DNA from: a virus | Taxonomy: Duplodnaviria > Heunggongvirae > Uroviricota > Caudoviricetes | Length of the DNA stretch: 64,000 nucleotides | IMG/VR virus record: IMGVR_UViG_3300038393_000804 | Coordinates: 19,598 to 83,597 of that record | Strand: one strand, 5' to 3' | In this document: positions 37,801 through 48,400 of the stretch, piece after piece | How positions within the stretch are numbered: position 1 is the stretch's first letter | Layout of the letters: the number at the start of each line of letters is the position of its first letter | The notes under the pieces: generated by a model | The model's input: only the letters and a program-made list of their open reading frames with translations | Told to the model about the DNA's origin: nothing | The model's database searches: none | Made by a program: the position numbers and the translations under genes

Positions 37801-40800
37801 CCAGAGAACATATCTGTTCCTAAGTATTCATTCATCTTGCTTGCAAACTTGTCCATGTTCTGAGCGGTATAAGCCATCTTCGCTTGTTCGCTTCCAAGGT
37901 GCTTGTTAAGAACAATTTGACCATCCTTAATGTAGCTTAGAGACGAACCAATACCGAAGCTTTCCTGCATGATTTGATTAATGGTTTGAAGCGCATCTTC
38001 TTTTGCAATCTTACCAGCTGTTACGATGCCGCCATTATCAATCTGCCTCTTTGCTTCATCGACAGCAAGAGCAACCATTCGGCTAACCTCTGTACCATGC
38101 ATGCCTTTGCTTGTTTCAAACTGAGGCATGATAGCTTGAGTAGAGGCACTTCCAGCTAAGTCTTTGATAACTTGTCCTGGTAATAATGTAGCAGTGGCAC
38201 GGTGACCAGCTTCTGTGATGTACTTCGTAGAGTTCATGGTGTGAACCTGTTCTTCAAGGATTAACTCGCGGTTCTCTGCGTCCCAACCTTTAATCCATAC
38301 ATTGTTCGCATACCATTTATCATAGACCTGACCTTGCTTAACAACTTCCTTCATGGTCTTTGGAGTTAAGCCATCATAGACAACATTGCCATCTGCATCA
38401 TGCTCTAGAATGTCGTCTCGCACAACTTGGCTAATGGTAATCTTGCCGCCATTATTCTTGAAGCCGTTTCTCGTGTCAACGGTGCTTCCAAGGTTGGTCA
38501 GAAGTTTTGGCTGACCCTTGATTCCATTCCAGTCATCAGGACCGAAGCTCATAGTATCAAAGTTAAGCAGCTTTTCCTTCTCACTCCACAGTGCAGGGTC
38601 AAGCTTAGACATCATAAGAGTTTTGATTTCTTGCGTTAACTCTTCGCCTGGTCCGAGCTTAATTCTCTTCTCACGAGTTGTATTGAATGCTTGAGCAGAT
38701 TCTTCAGACATTAAGAACATACCGTCATAGGTTGAAATTCTTTCCGTATTCTTCACTGACCGAGCATACTTCATATACATAGCACGTTCTTCAGAACCCA
38801 CTGGAGCTTGTCGAGCCTTACGCAAGTACTCTCCTCTTAGGTCTGCGGCCCGCTGTTGCAACTGCTCATCGTTCATATAAGCAGCACGCATATTTAAGTA
38901 AGACAATTTATCTGATGTTTGATACTCTTCCATAACGCCTAGAGCGCCTTCAGATACAACGCCGCGGGTTGTCATACGTTCAATCTCTGCATCTGAGTAG
39001 CCTTGTGCTTTCAAGCTAGCTTTAACTCTTCCTCTATCAAGAGAATCATAGTTTACGGTTTTCATGATGTTCTCACGACCCATTGGGTTATACATACCGA
39101 AAGCCAGTAATTCACGAGCATCAAGGTTAGCACGTAAGTAGTTGGATACGTGAACGTCTTTTACAGAGTGCATGCCGACATTCATGCCAGTCTTCTCATT
39201 CCAGAACTTATCGGATTGACGCTGGAATACACGACGGGCATTGACTCCCATAGAGTCAACGAACAGCTCGCCATTCTTAGCTGCAAGCTCGCGCACTTCT
39301 TCTGGAGTCTTCATTCTCCATAGGTCAATACGGTTAGGGTCTTTCATCTTTGTTTCATTATAGAAAGATGTGTACCAGTCTTCTGCTGTATCAGAGATAT
39401 CAACGAGACCACTACGAACCCAGTTAGCTGCCAATGATTTGGTTTCCCATGGATTGTCGTGCCCAGTCATCGCAGAATAGCGGTTATTCATAGAAAGATT
39501 TTGCATGGCTTTCTTTGCCCTACGGTTCAAATAATCATGGACTAAAAGCATTCCATTATCTTTGCCTTCTTTTTTCGCCATGTTCTTCGCATCATTTAAC
39601 ATAGTGCGAACAGTCTTCGCATTGTATTTTAATGTGTTAACAATTTCGTCGAATCCAGTTACAAGTTCATAGCCGCCGCTACCTTGTCTTCTCGCTTTGA
39701 AACGAGCCACACGGTTCTGGCTTCCAAGTGTTAAAGAACCATCTTTCATTAACCGAGGAAGGTCAATAACGGCCACCTGATTGCTCTTCATTAAATCATT
39801 CATACTTCCATTTAATAGAGCCTCAGATACACCTTTGTCTGCCAATACCATCTGCAGTCCCTTACGCTTTCCGTCATAACGGAACTGAACGTGCATATCT
39901 TGCGAGTGGAAAGCCTGAGCCAATTCAGCCAATGAAGATTTGGACGACTTCAAGTTACGAAGGTCAATGCCATGCGCCTTATCTAATCCATTACGCTGCA
40001 TCAACATCTTAATCGCATTATCGTGAGTATTAACAAGGTCAAGAGCACCATCGCCAAATAATTCAATCGGGCCATCATGCCATTTCTTGACGAATGGCTG
40101 CGCATCATTCATTGACTTGGTAAAGATGTTTTCGAAGTGGGCTTTGAAACCTGCCTCGCTCATTCCTGCAGCCCTAGTCTTGTTGAGTCCAGTAGGGTCT
40201 TCTACAGTAACTCCACTTAAAGCTCCTTGGAGAGTAGCATTCTCTTTTGCTCTCATAACAGCATTAGAAATGTCAGTCAACATGTTGTCGAGAGATACAT
40301 CGCTACGGACATTATCCAGCGACTTATACATGGCTTCGAATTTCTTTGCGTCAAGTGCGTTATACGATTTCAATTGAATTAATAATTGTTTATAACGTGT
40401 TCTCACAGTGGCAAGGTCTGGACGGTCAGAATGGTATTTATAAAGCTGTCCATATAATGCACCGCGAACCGCATCAGCATTTGTTAAATTAAGAAGGCGA
40501 GTATCACCTGCAACAGTAAGCTCAAGAGCCTGACCTCCGTTAAGACTTCTCTCTCTTGTATTAATGCCGAACTGGGAATCAAGGTTCTTTCCGAACTCAG
40601 AAAACACCATGCTTTGAGCACGATAGCCAGAGAAATCGTCTGGTTTTGTAACAGGCATTGCTTGCTGAATCCGATTCATGAATCCTCTAATCCATGTTTC
40701 CTCTCCCTCAAGACGACCTTTCATAGTTTCAAAATCACGAACGAATTCATCTGTATTAAACTCGCTGGCATTCATGATATTCTTCTTTATGGCATCTACG

Positions 40801-42461
40801 CTTAGTCCAGCTTTTTCGCCTTCCCTCCAGATATCCAATGCCCCGTACATACGGTTAGCAAGCTGAATGCCGCCGCCAGATTCCATCGAAAACATCTTAT
40901 TCCAACGACGCATAGCACGGTCTTGATTTTGTGCTTCATGTGCATTAGCCATAGAACCCCATTTAGCATCTGTGTATTGTAGGTGTTGGTGAATAGCATT
41001 CTGCAATTCTGCTTGAGTGCTACGGAAGACAGTGTGGTGCAGGTCATCATCTTCATTATAAAGGTGAATACCGAACATCTTCTTGCCATCAATATTAATT
41101 CCGTCAAAGAAGTTTTTAATGGTGTATGTTGTATTACGATAAATAGGGTTTGGCTTCATATCGTAAGCAGAGTGGAATTTTCCATCCTTCATACGGAAGA
41201 TGCCGTCAAACTCCCCAGCATTGCTGCTGTTCATACCAGCCACGCCAAATAAGTGGTCTCCTACTTTCAGAGTTTGATTATCAAAGTATCCGTAAGCACT
41301 TCCAGCTTTATTGCCAGTACGCAACACATGAGCTGTATGCGGGTCTTTAATTAATGAATTTAATTGAGCGATGGTTGTATTAACGTCAGACAAGGCATGG
41401 TGAGACTGACCATCCTGAATACCCAAAATATCCTTCATTCGCTCTAGAGTTGTTCTGTCACCAAATCTTTCATAAGGGTCACGATATAAAGTACGGACAG
41501 CATGTAAACCATCTATTTGATTAAGAGCCATTTGGTTCTTTAATGTCTGTAAAGCTTTTCCTGCTGGACTGTTCGGATTGTGCTTGCCAACTCCATTGTT
41601 TAGGTAGTCAAGCATCATTGGCTGGTCAAAGCTATATACGTTATATCCAGCAAACTTAGTATTCATCATCCCTTTCATGAACGAGTTCATTTCTAGGATG
41701 GCATCTTCTGGAGTTGTCCCCCATTGCATTAGGTTTTCCAAACCACGTCTCATATTCGCAATCGTGCTGGAGTCTGACAAAGCCACTCCATTCATTGGGC
41801 GAAGATGACGAGATTGCTCGTTTACGCTAACAATACGTCTACCATCCTTATATTCTTCCTTAAACATTCTACTAGTGTCGCCAGCGTAGAGTGTTAAGTC
41901 GGACAAAGTACGGCGCATATCTTCTGTCAGACCCGACCATTTCTTGCTAGCAAGGTCATTAATAGCAGCATCTAGTCTTTTATATACTTCTTCATTAGGA
42001 CGTAAAAGCATAGACAAACTTTTACTTTGTTTTTCTAGTTTTCCGTTAATCATTTTTACATGTTGGAATCCGATTTCTGTAGGGGTATAAAAGTCAGCGT
42101 GAGCAGCTGTCTTTCTATTAAATGGAGTTGTACCTAAAATCTCTGTATCGTAAACTACTAAGTCTGCTCCATCTTTCATGTTCATTAGTTCCTGCATACC
42201 TTGAATGGCCTGTTGACCATATGTATGGGAAGCGTAGCCAGGTGTTACCCCGCGCCACACTCCCATATCATTAGCCATAACAGTATTTCCTGCATTCATT
42301 CGGTTGAGGACAGCAGCAGCCTTACTAGCACCGACGGAATCTCCCACGTCTTGCTTAGGAGCCGACTTACCAGGATAGCGAGAATCAAAAGCCGTATAAG
42401 AACCATCTGCATCTGCGCCATATCCGCCGTACTTTCTTACGATATGTTTATTGTCTGCCAT
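34890..42461 (-). CDS. Single-chain two-barrel (beta+beta'-like) RNA polymerase fused to an N-terminal DEDDh exonuclease; probable virion protein (2523 aa)
   Basis: Ordered motifs LLAFGMYNPMGR, NMRAAYM, YDGMFLMSEE, KLGPGEELT, KYITEAGHRAT and GLVRYGRKEV (beta-like), then KMSNAGRFRI, NRYPTIKQSTVQA and LKADYDGD (beta'-like). Exonuclease motifs YDTE, GYNVYSFD and HHALSD. Confidence 0.85.
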   Translation of the reverse strand: MADNKHIVRKYGGYGADADGSYTAFDSRYPGKSAPKQDVGDSVGASKAAAVLNRMNAGNTVMANDMGVWRGVTPGYASHTYGQQAIQGMQELMNMKDGADLVVYDTEILGTTPFNRKTAAHADFYTPTEIGFQHVKMINGKLEKQSKSLSMLLRPNEEVYKRLDAAINDLASKKWSGLTEDMRRTLSDLTLYAGDTSRMFKEEYKDGRRIVSVNEQSRHLRPMNGVALSDSSTIANMRRGLENLMQWGTTPEDAILEMNSFMKGMMNTKFAGYNVYSFDQPMMLDYLNNGVGKHNPNSPAGKALQTLKNQMALNQIDGLHAVRTLYRDPYERFGDRTTLERMKDILGIQDGQSHHALSDVNTTIAQLNSLIKDPHTAHVLRTGNKAGSAYGYFDNQTLKVGDHLFGVAGMNSSNAGEFDGIFRMKDGKFHSAYDMKPNPIYRNTTYTIKNFFDGINIDGKKMFGIHLYNEDDDLHHTVFRSTQAELQNAIHQHLQYTDAKWGSMANAHEAQNQDRAMRRWNKMFSMESGGGIQLANRMYGALDIWREGEKAGLSVDAIKKNIMNASEFNTDEFVRDFETMKGRLEGEETWIRGFMNRIQQAMPVTKPDDFSGYRAQSMVFSEFGKNLDSQFGINTRERSLNGGQALELTVAGDTRLLNLTNADAVRGALYGQLYKYHSDRPDLATVRTRYKQLLIQLKSYNALDAKKFEAMYKSLDNVRSDVSLDNMLTDISNAVMRAKENATLQGALSGVTVEDPTGLNKTRAAGMSEAGFKAHFENIFTKSMNDAQPFVKKWHDGPIELFGDGALDLVNTHDNAIKMLMQRNGLDKAHGIDLRNLKSSKSSLAELAQAFHSQDMHVQFRYDGKRKGLQMVLADKGVSEALLNGSMNDLMKSNQVAVIDLPRLMKDGSLTLGSQNRVARFKARRQGSGGYELVTGFDEIVNTLKYNAKTVRTMLNDAKNMAKKEGKDNGMLLVHDYLNRRAKKAMQNLSMNNRYSAMTGHDNPWETKSLAANWVRSGLVDISDTAEDWYTSFYNETKMKDPNRIDLWRMKTPEEVRELAAKNGELFVDSMGVNARRVFQRQSDKFWNEKTGMNVGMHSVKDVHVSNYLRANLDARELLAFGMYNPMGRENIMKTVNYDSLDRGRVKASLKAQGYSDAEIERMTTRGVVSEGALGVMEEYQTSDKLSYLNMRAAYMNDEQLQQRAADLRGEYLRKARQAPVGSEERAMYMKYARSVKNTERISTYDGMFLMSEESAQAFNTTREKRIKLGPGEELTQEIKTLMMSKLDPALWSEKEKLLNFDTMSFGPDDWNGIKGQPKLLTNLGSTVDTRNGFKNNGGKITISQVVRDDILEHDADGNVVYDGLTPKTMKEVVKQGQVYDKWYANNVWIKGWDAENRELILEEQVHTMNSTKYITEAGHRATATLLPGQVIKDLAGSASTQAIMPQFETSKGMHGTEVSRMVALAVDEAKRQIDNGGIVTAGKIAKEDALQTINQIMQESFGIGSSLSYIKDGQIVLNKHLGSEQAKMAYTAQNMDKFASKMNEYLGTDMFSGVKLDNASGVVHHGNLGIGRQNVYDWENGVGLVDENSAGLVRYGRKEVDMITARANSILGRGSAVTGWLQDHIKTSAEAQSKDVRRIGQALVKSVVYADEVTPDKGDVIIRTTATGSWHDDDVDGREHGRTRADGVREISMHALQDIPDVTAKDTVRTAQMYAQTIIDFGRTQGKFEDGVSFAQAFKNNGGTALLELPSSEAITRKYLRLVDFGDITKGDTAVIPVTRELQTIQQQLWRNIQQYNKMNMNGKLSEGEANEMRERLEGRINDLADEYENKAARMLSNSRDGGIQKTFGAAKMSNAGRFRIQGVNPFANYEDVGNGMMAQSRTAKYQEGSLYVSRDRFKEMITDSKGYANETTINAAKAMGIYEEGLHGEELVNKVLANVNEKGLYGFVNRYPTIKQSTVQAMRIQIDDSIDPTDRTARLTVGTAARLKADYDGDFLSSVMAHYSTDEKRAMAIHGELKTLNARESELAHIEGSRILADLQDDMFNAAKNMNITVSELSKRVNEAEAVKQQMAQGVEGAELSKEQKSLLMRFGNEGIKSKYLNPEDILETREARLGKEFVGLIDNARDRIVNLSTATLDTLEAHGKIKADTASRFKTAGADFRNAIEEFTAAFSQDSISAKKFSVEAEIERQFSLDKDLDFHNDDHMATARQRAMEAVDVRYNKLQDMIEALMNPTDANKEKFIKHNEEIQVFKDEKKMVNALDMIQKVAVWNNRTGGFFNNSLKLGQSLGQEQKRVAGVMLGMENHIAPTQVVGSLMELADDDTKQVMQEGQDRWVRSLLTTHGRIEGGGDQSLIESLGKGFDPSDHQLSGATVAEEGSQKLSSMIGKFAPNLMHGGGGFGKGALAFGAMWAASALIRSGPTPEGLQAQTQNPAPAAPPMDTNPTARITQNNGEYVNIKVNAKNVKNMSEQQIASIVHQELGAMTNTKLDTNINVNDNTQNIDPNWLQGVVAKAIGGGYAF

Positions 42462-42485
42462 GTTACCACCCTCTCCCCTAGGGGA

Positions 42486-45400
42486 TTAACCATTGCTAGG
42501 GCGAGCACCGCCAGCAGAGATAAGTCCACCTAGGTTATTGTTAATTTCTTGTATGATGTCATTGCTTCTATCTTTAAGGATATCCATAGCCAATCCGATT
42601 CGGTTTTCCCCTTGACCGTGAGTAGTTTCCATTGTCACGCTTACGTCATGGAGTCCTGCTCCTGCAAGAACTCTCTCGATTCGTCCTACGTCGATGGCAG
42701 CACTAATGCTATTCATTGGAAGAACATTGGCATGCGATTGCTCAGCACGCTTCTCGTCATCTCCCCAGTCGCCAAACTCTGTAAGCTCAAGACCTTCGTT
42801 CTTAATCATTTTGACTTTGTAGTTCTCCAAACTTACGTCGGCTTGCCATCCAGACCAGCCAGCGCCAGGTAGGTAATGAGTCTTGAAGTAAGAGTCAACG
42901 CTCTCCTTCTTATCAACCTTGAGTCCCCACTTTGCTTGGAAGAATCGGCGCTCATTCTTAGGAACAAGTCGAAGGATTTCTTCACGCTCAGATGGAGAAG
43001 CCTTCATGAATTCTTGGAAGAACTCTCTATCTTTGTTTGGTAATGCACGGAATATCTTTGTCATATCCCCGTTTTCATCAGCACCATACAAAGTAGATTC
43101 ATATTCCGATTTATAACGCAGAGCAAGCATTGACATTGGGCCAAGCTTACGAAGAGGTCTGTCAGCATCAATCTTGTCAAGCTCTCCTTGAATGCTGTCC
43201 AGATGCTCATCTGCTGCTTCTCTATCACCATAACCTAATTTCTTGCTCAAGGAAAGCCATTTTTTCGTGGATTCTAGGACTTTTCTCTTGCCCTTATTCT
43301 TCTGTCCACGCTCTTTATTATCCTGCATCAAGTCTTCAACATCGACGCCTTCACGGACAATAGCTTCATGTCTTGCCTTCTCATATAGGCCATGATACTT
43401 CATGTAGCGAAGCATATCGAAATACTCGTTGATGTCGCGTTCCTTACGGCGGCGCTCAGGAATCCATGTTTCATCTGGGTCTGAAGATGTTAGCTTCTTG
43501 AAGTGCTCAGAGAACACACGAATCGTAGAAGCAGCTCCACCAATGATAGCACCCACATGAGTACCCCATACCCTTGCTCCAGCTTTCGTGAACAACCATC
43601 CAATACCAGCACCTTGAGCTGCCCCAATAATAGGATTATTTGAAGCCATCTGGTCAAGCATTGGTTGAATCCAGCCGCTCCATGGCGCTGTCCAAGGTCT
43701 CCATGCTTTGCCGTAAATCTCTTGACGCTTGTACATTTCAAGAGGAGAACGTACTTGCAAGAACTTGTCTGCAATGGTTCCGACAATTGGAAGGTTAGGA
43801 AGCAGGTCATGAGTTGTCCATTCCCACATCTTACCGACAGTTATCATATCGTTGCTGTATAAGGCATTGGTAGAAGTAGCAGTTCCATCATTATGAGTAG
43901 AGGCTACATAGCGTCCACCAAGACCCATAAATCCGCCTTCCTTACGGTTAGCCAGTTTAAAGTTTAAGTTTCCTTCTACTGGATTATAGACAACTGCACG
44001 AATGGTTTGGTACGTATCATCACGAACTTGATTTAGCGGGTCAGCATCCGTTGCGATACGAAGGGTCGCGCCCTCATGCACATATTGCTGTAACCATTCT
44101 TGTGATGCTTGGTCATCAGCCTTGATGTCCACGCCAGCCAGACGGATTGGATTGAATGGATGTTCCTTCGTCATGAAGGTAGTCGCATCTATCATCCGAG
44201 TAACGTGAACCGTCTGGTAATCTACATCTGCTTTGCCTTTTGTAAACTGTCTATCATAGAAACGGTACTTCGCTTTCTTCGCTGCCGTTTGCTCACGAAT
44301 CTCTGCGTATTCTTTTTTCTCTGCGTCATCAAGCATTCCAGCGCCATTCATCTTAGAGACGATAGCCTTATAGAACTTGAATTGCTGAGAGTATGGAGCT
44401 ACATCTGATAAGATACGGTAACGGTCAAATGCGCCGTATTCACCGAATGCATCTGGGTGTAACTTATATAATGTTTCATAAGCCGCACCAGGGAGTCTCA
44501 TTTCTCCGTGTGGAACCTTCACATATGGGTCACCATGTTGGAAGTCAACGAAGTAATCCGCCCCAGGCATCCAGTAAGGCATTCTATTTCGGATTGGATT
44601 CCAGTAGTTCTTGTTCGGGTCACGAGGCAAGTAACGACGGAAAATCTCCGATAGTCCTCCACCAAGACCGCCAAGCTCATTGTCCCACCAAGCTCTTTGG
44701 TAGCTGGTCATTCGGTTGGATGTATCAAGAACCATTCCTCGTCCAGATTCATCCCAGCCAATTGCACTCTTCGATAAGAAACCGTAGATACCACCAATCT
44801 CAGTAGCACTATATACAGAGTCACGGAAGTTGCCGCCTATGCTGTACATATCGCCAATGTCATGAAGGTTCTCGATAATGTCTGGGTCACGAAGGTCTTC
44901 AAGAGATGTAACGGAGCGAATATTCTTACCAGTAACACCAAGAGCTGGTCCACCGATATCGGCCATAGCAGCGTTGACAAGGGCTATCTGTTGTCTTGAA
45001 GCACCAGTGGCACCTCTGCTACCCCTTCCGCCTCCAATGCCGTATGATACACCTCCAGCGCCTCCTCCTGAGCCTGAGCCACCGCCTGCACCCATAGGGC
45101 TTCCATCAACGGCGTAATCTGCCTCAGTAACCTCACTATCCTGAAGAAGTCCTGTTCCACCAGCAGGCATACCTTGCAAGTATCCACCCATTGCCATTTG
45201 GTCATATTGGGCTGCAATATTCGCATTCAATTCTTCTAGGTATTCACGGTGAGCTTTCCGCAGCCTGTCATCTTTCAGACGAGGCTTGAGGATTCTTCCG
45301 ACTGTATTATCAACAGCAGAACCAATGAGTGGAATCTGTTGCAGTTCACTGAATCCGCCTGTCTCTGGATAAGGACGGTCTTCCCTATGCTTATTCTCCC

Positions 45401-48400
45401 AATGATATGGGTCTAATAGGAAATGATTAAGCGGCGCAAGTGGATGAGTTAAAGTTGGGAACCAAGCATTTGCATAGTACTCATCTTCACTTCCATATAG
45501 CGTGTCGGTGAACTTGTAATCTGACCGCATCTTGCGATACCAGTTTGGTTCGTATCGGTCAATACGTCCACCAGTGTAAGGAGTTCCAGAACCAATACTC
45601 CAGAAACGTCCTTTACGGACTGGGTCTTCACCATGCTCCCAGTAGTATTGCTCGTCTTCACCAGAACGATTGTCTCCGAAGACACCGAAAGTAGCCATGT
45701 TGAATGCTCTGAAGAATGGTGTTTCTGCAAGCTGGTCAGCTCCAGTGAATACGCGAGACCATTGACGGCCTATATCATTCAGTCCAGCAAACTCTTTCAA
45801 CCACTGGACATCTGTACGCATGTTAACGTATGTGCTAGCAGCTGTATCACTTGGTTGGTCGCCAAGCACACCATCAGCCCATTGAAGCTGTTGATAAGCT
45901 ACATAAGGCATTACAATGCGTCGTAAGAATTGATTTGCTAAGATGCTTTGGAAGGAGCCACGATTCTTCTGTGACAATCCTAGCCCTACATAAGAAACCG
46001 CATTATCTAGACGTTCAGCATAGTAGTAAGGGAATAAGGTAGCAGTAGTAACATCACCAATATTCTTACGTCCAGCAAAGAACTGTCCGAATACTCCTTT
46101 AGCAGAACTGAAGACAGCGTCTAGCGCATCTCCACCTTCTGATATGGTCTTATTATAGTTCTCAAGCGCCCAGCGATAACCCTTTGCCTTGTTCATAGAT
46201 AAGTTGTTTACAAATCCAAAGTACTGAGGCGGCTCTTGTCCTGGTCCCATTGCAAGGAGAGGGTTCATATCCTTCATCGCCGCTTGCGTTGTGTGGGACA
46301 GTGCATCGCCAGGGTCTAGTACACGGTCAGTAAAGTCAGCAAGCGCAGTTGCTTTGTCCTCTGGCCTTCCCTTGTAGACATCATCCCACCATTGACGCAT
46401 TGTACTTAGGGATTCAAGGTCACGAACTTCTTTCAGAGAATCCTTGTGAAGAACACCTTCATCAATACCCTTCTGAACAAGAGAGGCAACAGTTATCTTC
46501 TGACCGTCTCCTGTCGCATGTTCCAATTGACGAAGAGCATGCATGTGGATAAGACGCTTAACGTCATCCACTTTATCAATCATTTGAGTGTCCTGCATGT
46601 CGAGTGCAGACATCCACTCAGGAACATACATAGCATTATTCGGGCGGACACGTTTATTTCTCAAGAATGCCTGTCTATCATTTGCATACTTTAACCATGT
46701 ATCATTGATGAATTTATCTAGGCCTTCCATCGTGCCGTCTGCTTTAGTAGAAATCTTCGCAATGTCAGAGTTTCTTGTCAGCATAGCCTGATTGATTTTG
46801 CCTAGAGCGTCCATCGTCTCTTCAGGTGAATAAAGCTTTGTTATATCTACGCCAATATTGCCATAAGCATTTTTAACATACTGACCAATGTAGTTGACGG
46901 TATCATCAGACAATGCAGATGACTTTGCCTCAAGCTGAGAAAACATGAGCTTGTAAACATCTTCTGGATGAAGCTCAGAACCACCTGTTTGATACTTCCA
47001 GTTATACAAGCTACTGTGAAGATTGCGTCCCCACTCAGGATTGTCAAACTTCGTGAAGGCACTAATAATACGCTTATATGAAGGTTCTGTTTCCTGTTTG
47101 CCCACATCGAATAGCTTTTGAAGAGAGCCTAGGAATCCTTCTTTATAGGTATACTCCTGTGTATGTAAGTTTGCCATACCAGCAAGAGCACGCGGCACCA
47201 TACCGAATCGCCCAGAAGCCTGATAAACATCTTGTTTAACTAGGTCACCAGTTGTTAAATCATACAAATTACCATTGGATGTCTGCATGTAGTTACGTGC
47301 TAGAACACCTACGGCTGCATCCTGGTTATGGGCATGTGGATGGGCATACTCTTTAACAGCTCCATGCAACGCAGGGTCAATTGTACCCATGTTACGGAAA
47401 GCAATCTTCGGAGCTTCCCTCATGCCTTCCCATGTAGTGAAGTGCAATAAGTCTAATGGGTTAAAACGAAGGAATGGAATCTGAACGCTTCTTCTGAAGT
47501 TATCAGCGAAGTTAACAGCTCCATGAGCCATCCATCTGTTATCAAGGAATTCCCCACGGTTGTTTATCCAAACATGGCGGTCTACAGCCAAGTCGCGGAA
47601 GCGCGGGTCCATCTCCATCATCTTATTGACTTTACTTGAAAGACGCGTATCTATATGCGGCTGACCGAATCTCTTCGGCTTACTTCTTAAGCGGAAATCA
47701 AACAGGTTTCCATTCTTGTGCATTGCAATGTCTTCAACGGTAGCAAGGCGATATCCATTGTTCGCCATAACTTTTTCATTAAAGGCATTACGTTTCTTCC
47801 TGTTCTGCGCAATGAAGTCATTCCACATATTATGTTTGTTCTTGCTTAAGGCATCACGATAGGCTTTCTTCCTGCCGCCTTCGTTGAAACCAGCTGAATG
47901 TCTGGTCTTATATCTATCTAGTGTTTCATGGACACTATCGACAAAGTCTTCACGACTCATCTTATTGGCATGAAGTTTGTCCGCAAGAGCCTTGTTATTC
48001 TCAAGAACATGGTCAACGAATGTACTTACGCTTTGATGGGATAGGTTATTCCCATGCATCCATGATGAGCCATAACCTGTTAAGTGACTTCCAAAGTCCT
48101 TCTCAAAGTTAAGCCATGAATGTTTCTGTCCCAGCTCTTGTTCAACGTAATTGATACGTTGGTTTTCAAGCACCTTATTGTGAAGCTGTGCCATCCTTGT
48201 GCGGAGTTCTTCTACCTGCGTTTCAAACTCTAGGTCGTGTCCTCCGAACGGAACGCCAGCCATCCGTCCCCTAGCCTCAATAGAATGCTGAAGGGATTGC
48301 TGGAATCTATCTTCGAATCTACTAGGGTTTCCCATATGAGAGAAGATGCTTCGACCATCCATCGCGTGATTCAATGCTTTACCGAATGCACCTATATCTT

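Noticed and set aside
34890-42461. T7/N4-type single-subunit RNAP, or direct naming as rpoB, rpoC or yonO
   Set aside because: The motifs are of the two-barrel class, not the right-hand class; orthology to a named gene cannot be established without searches.
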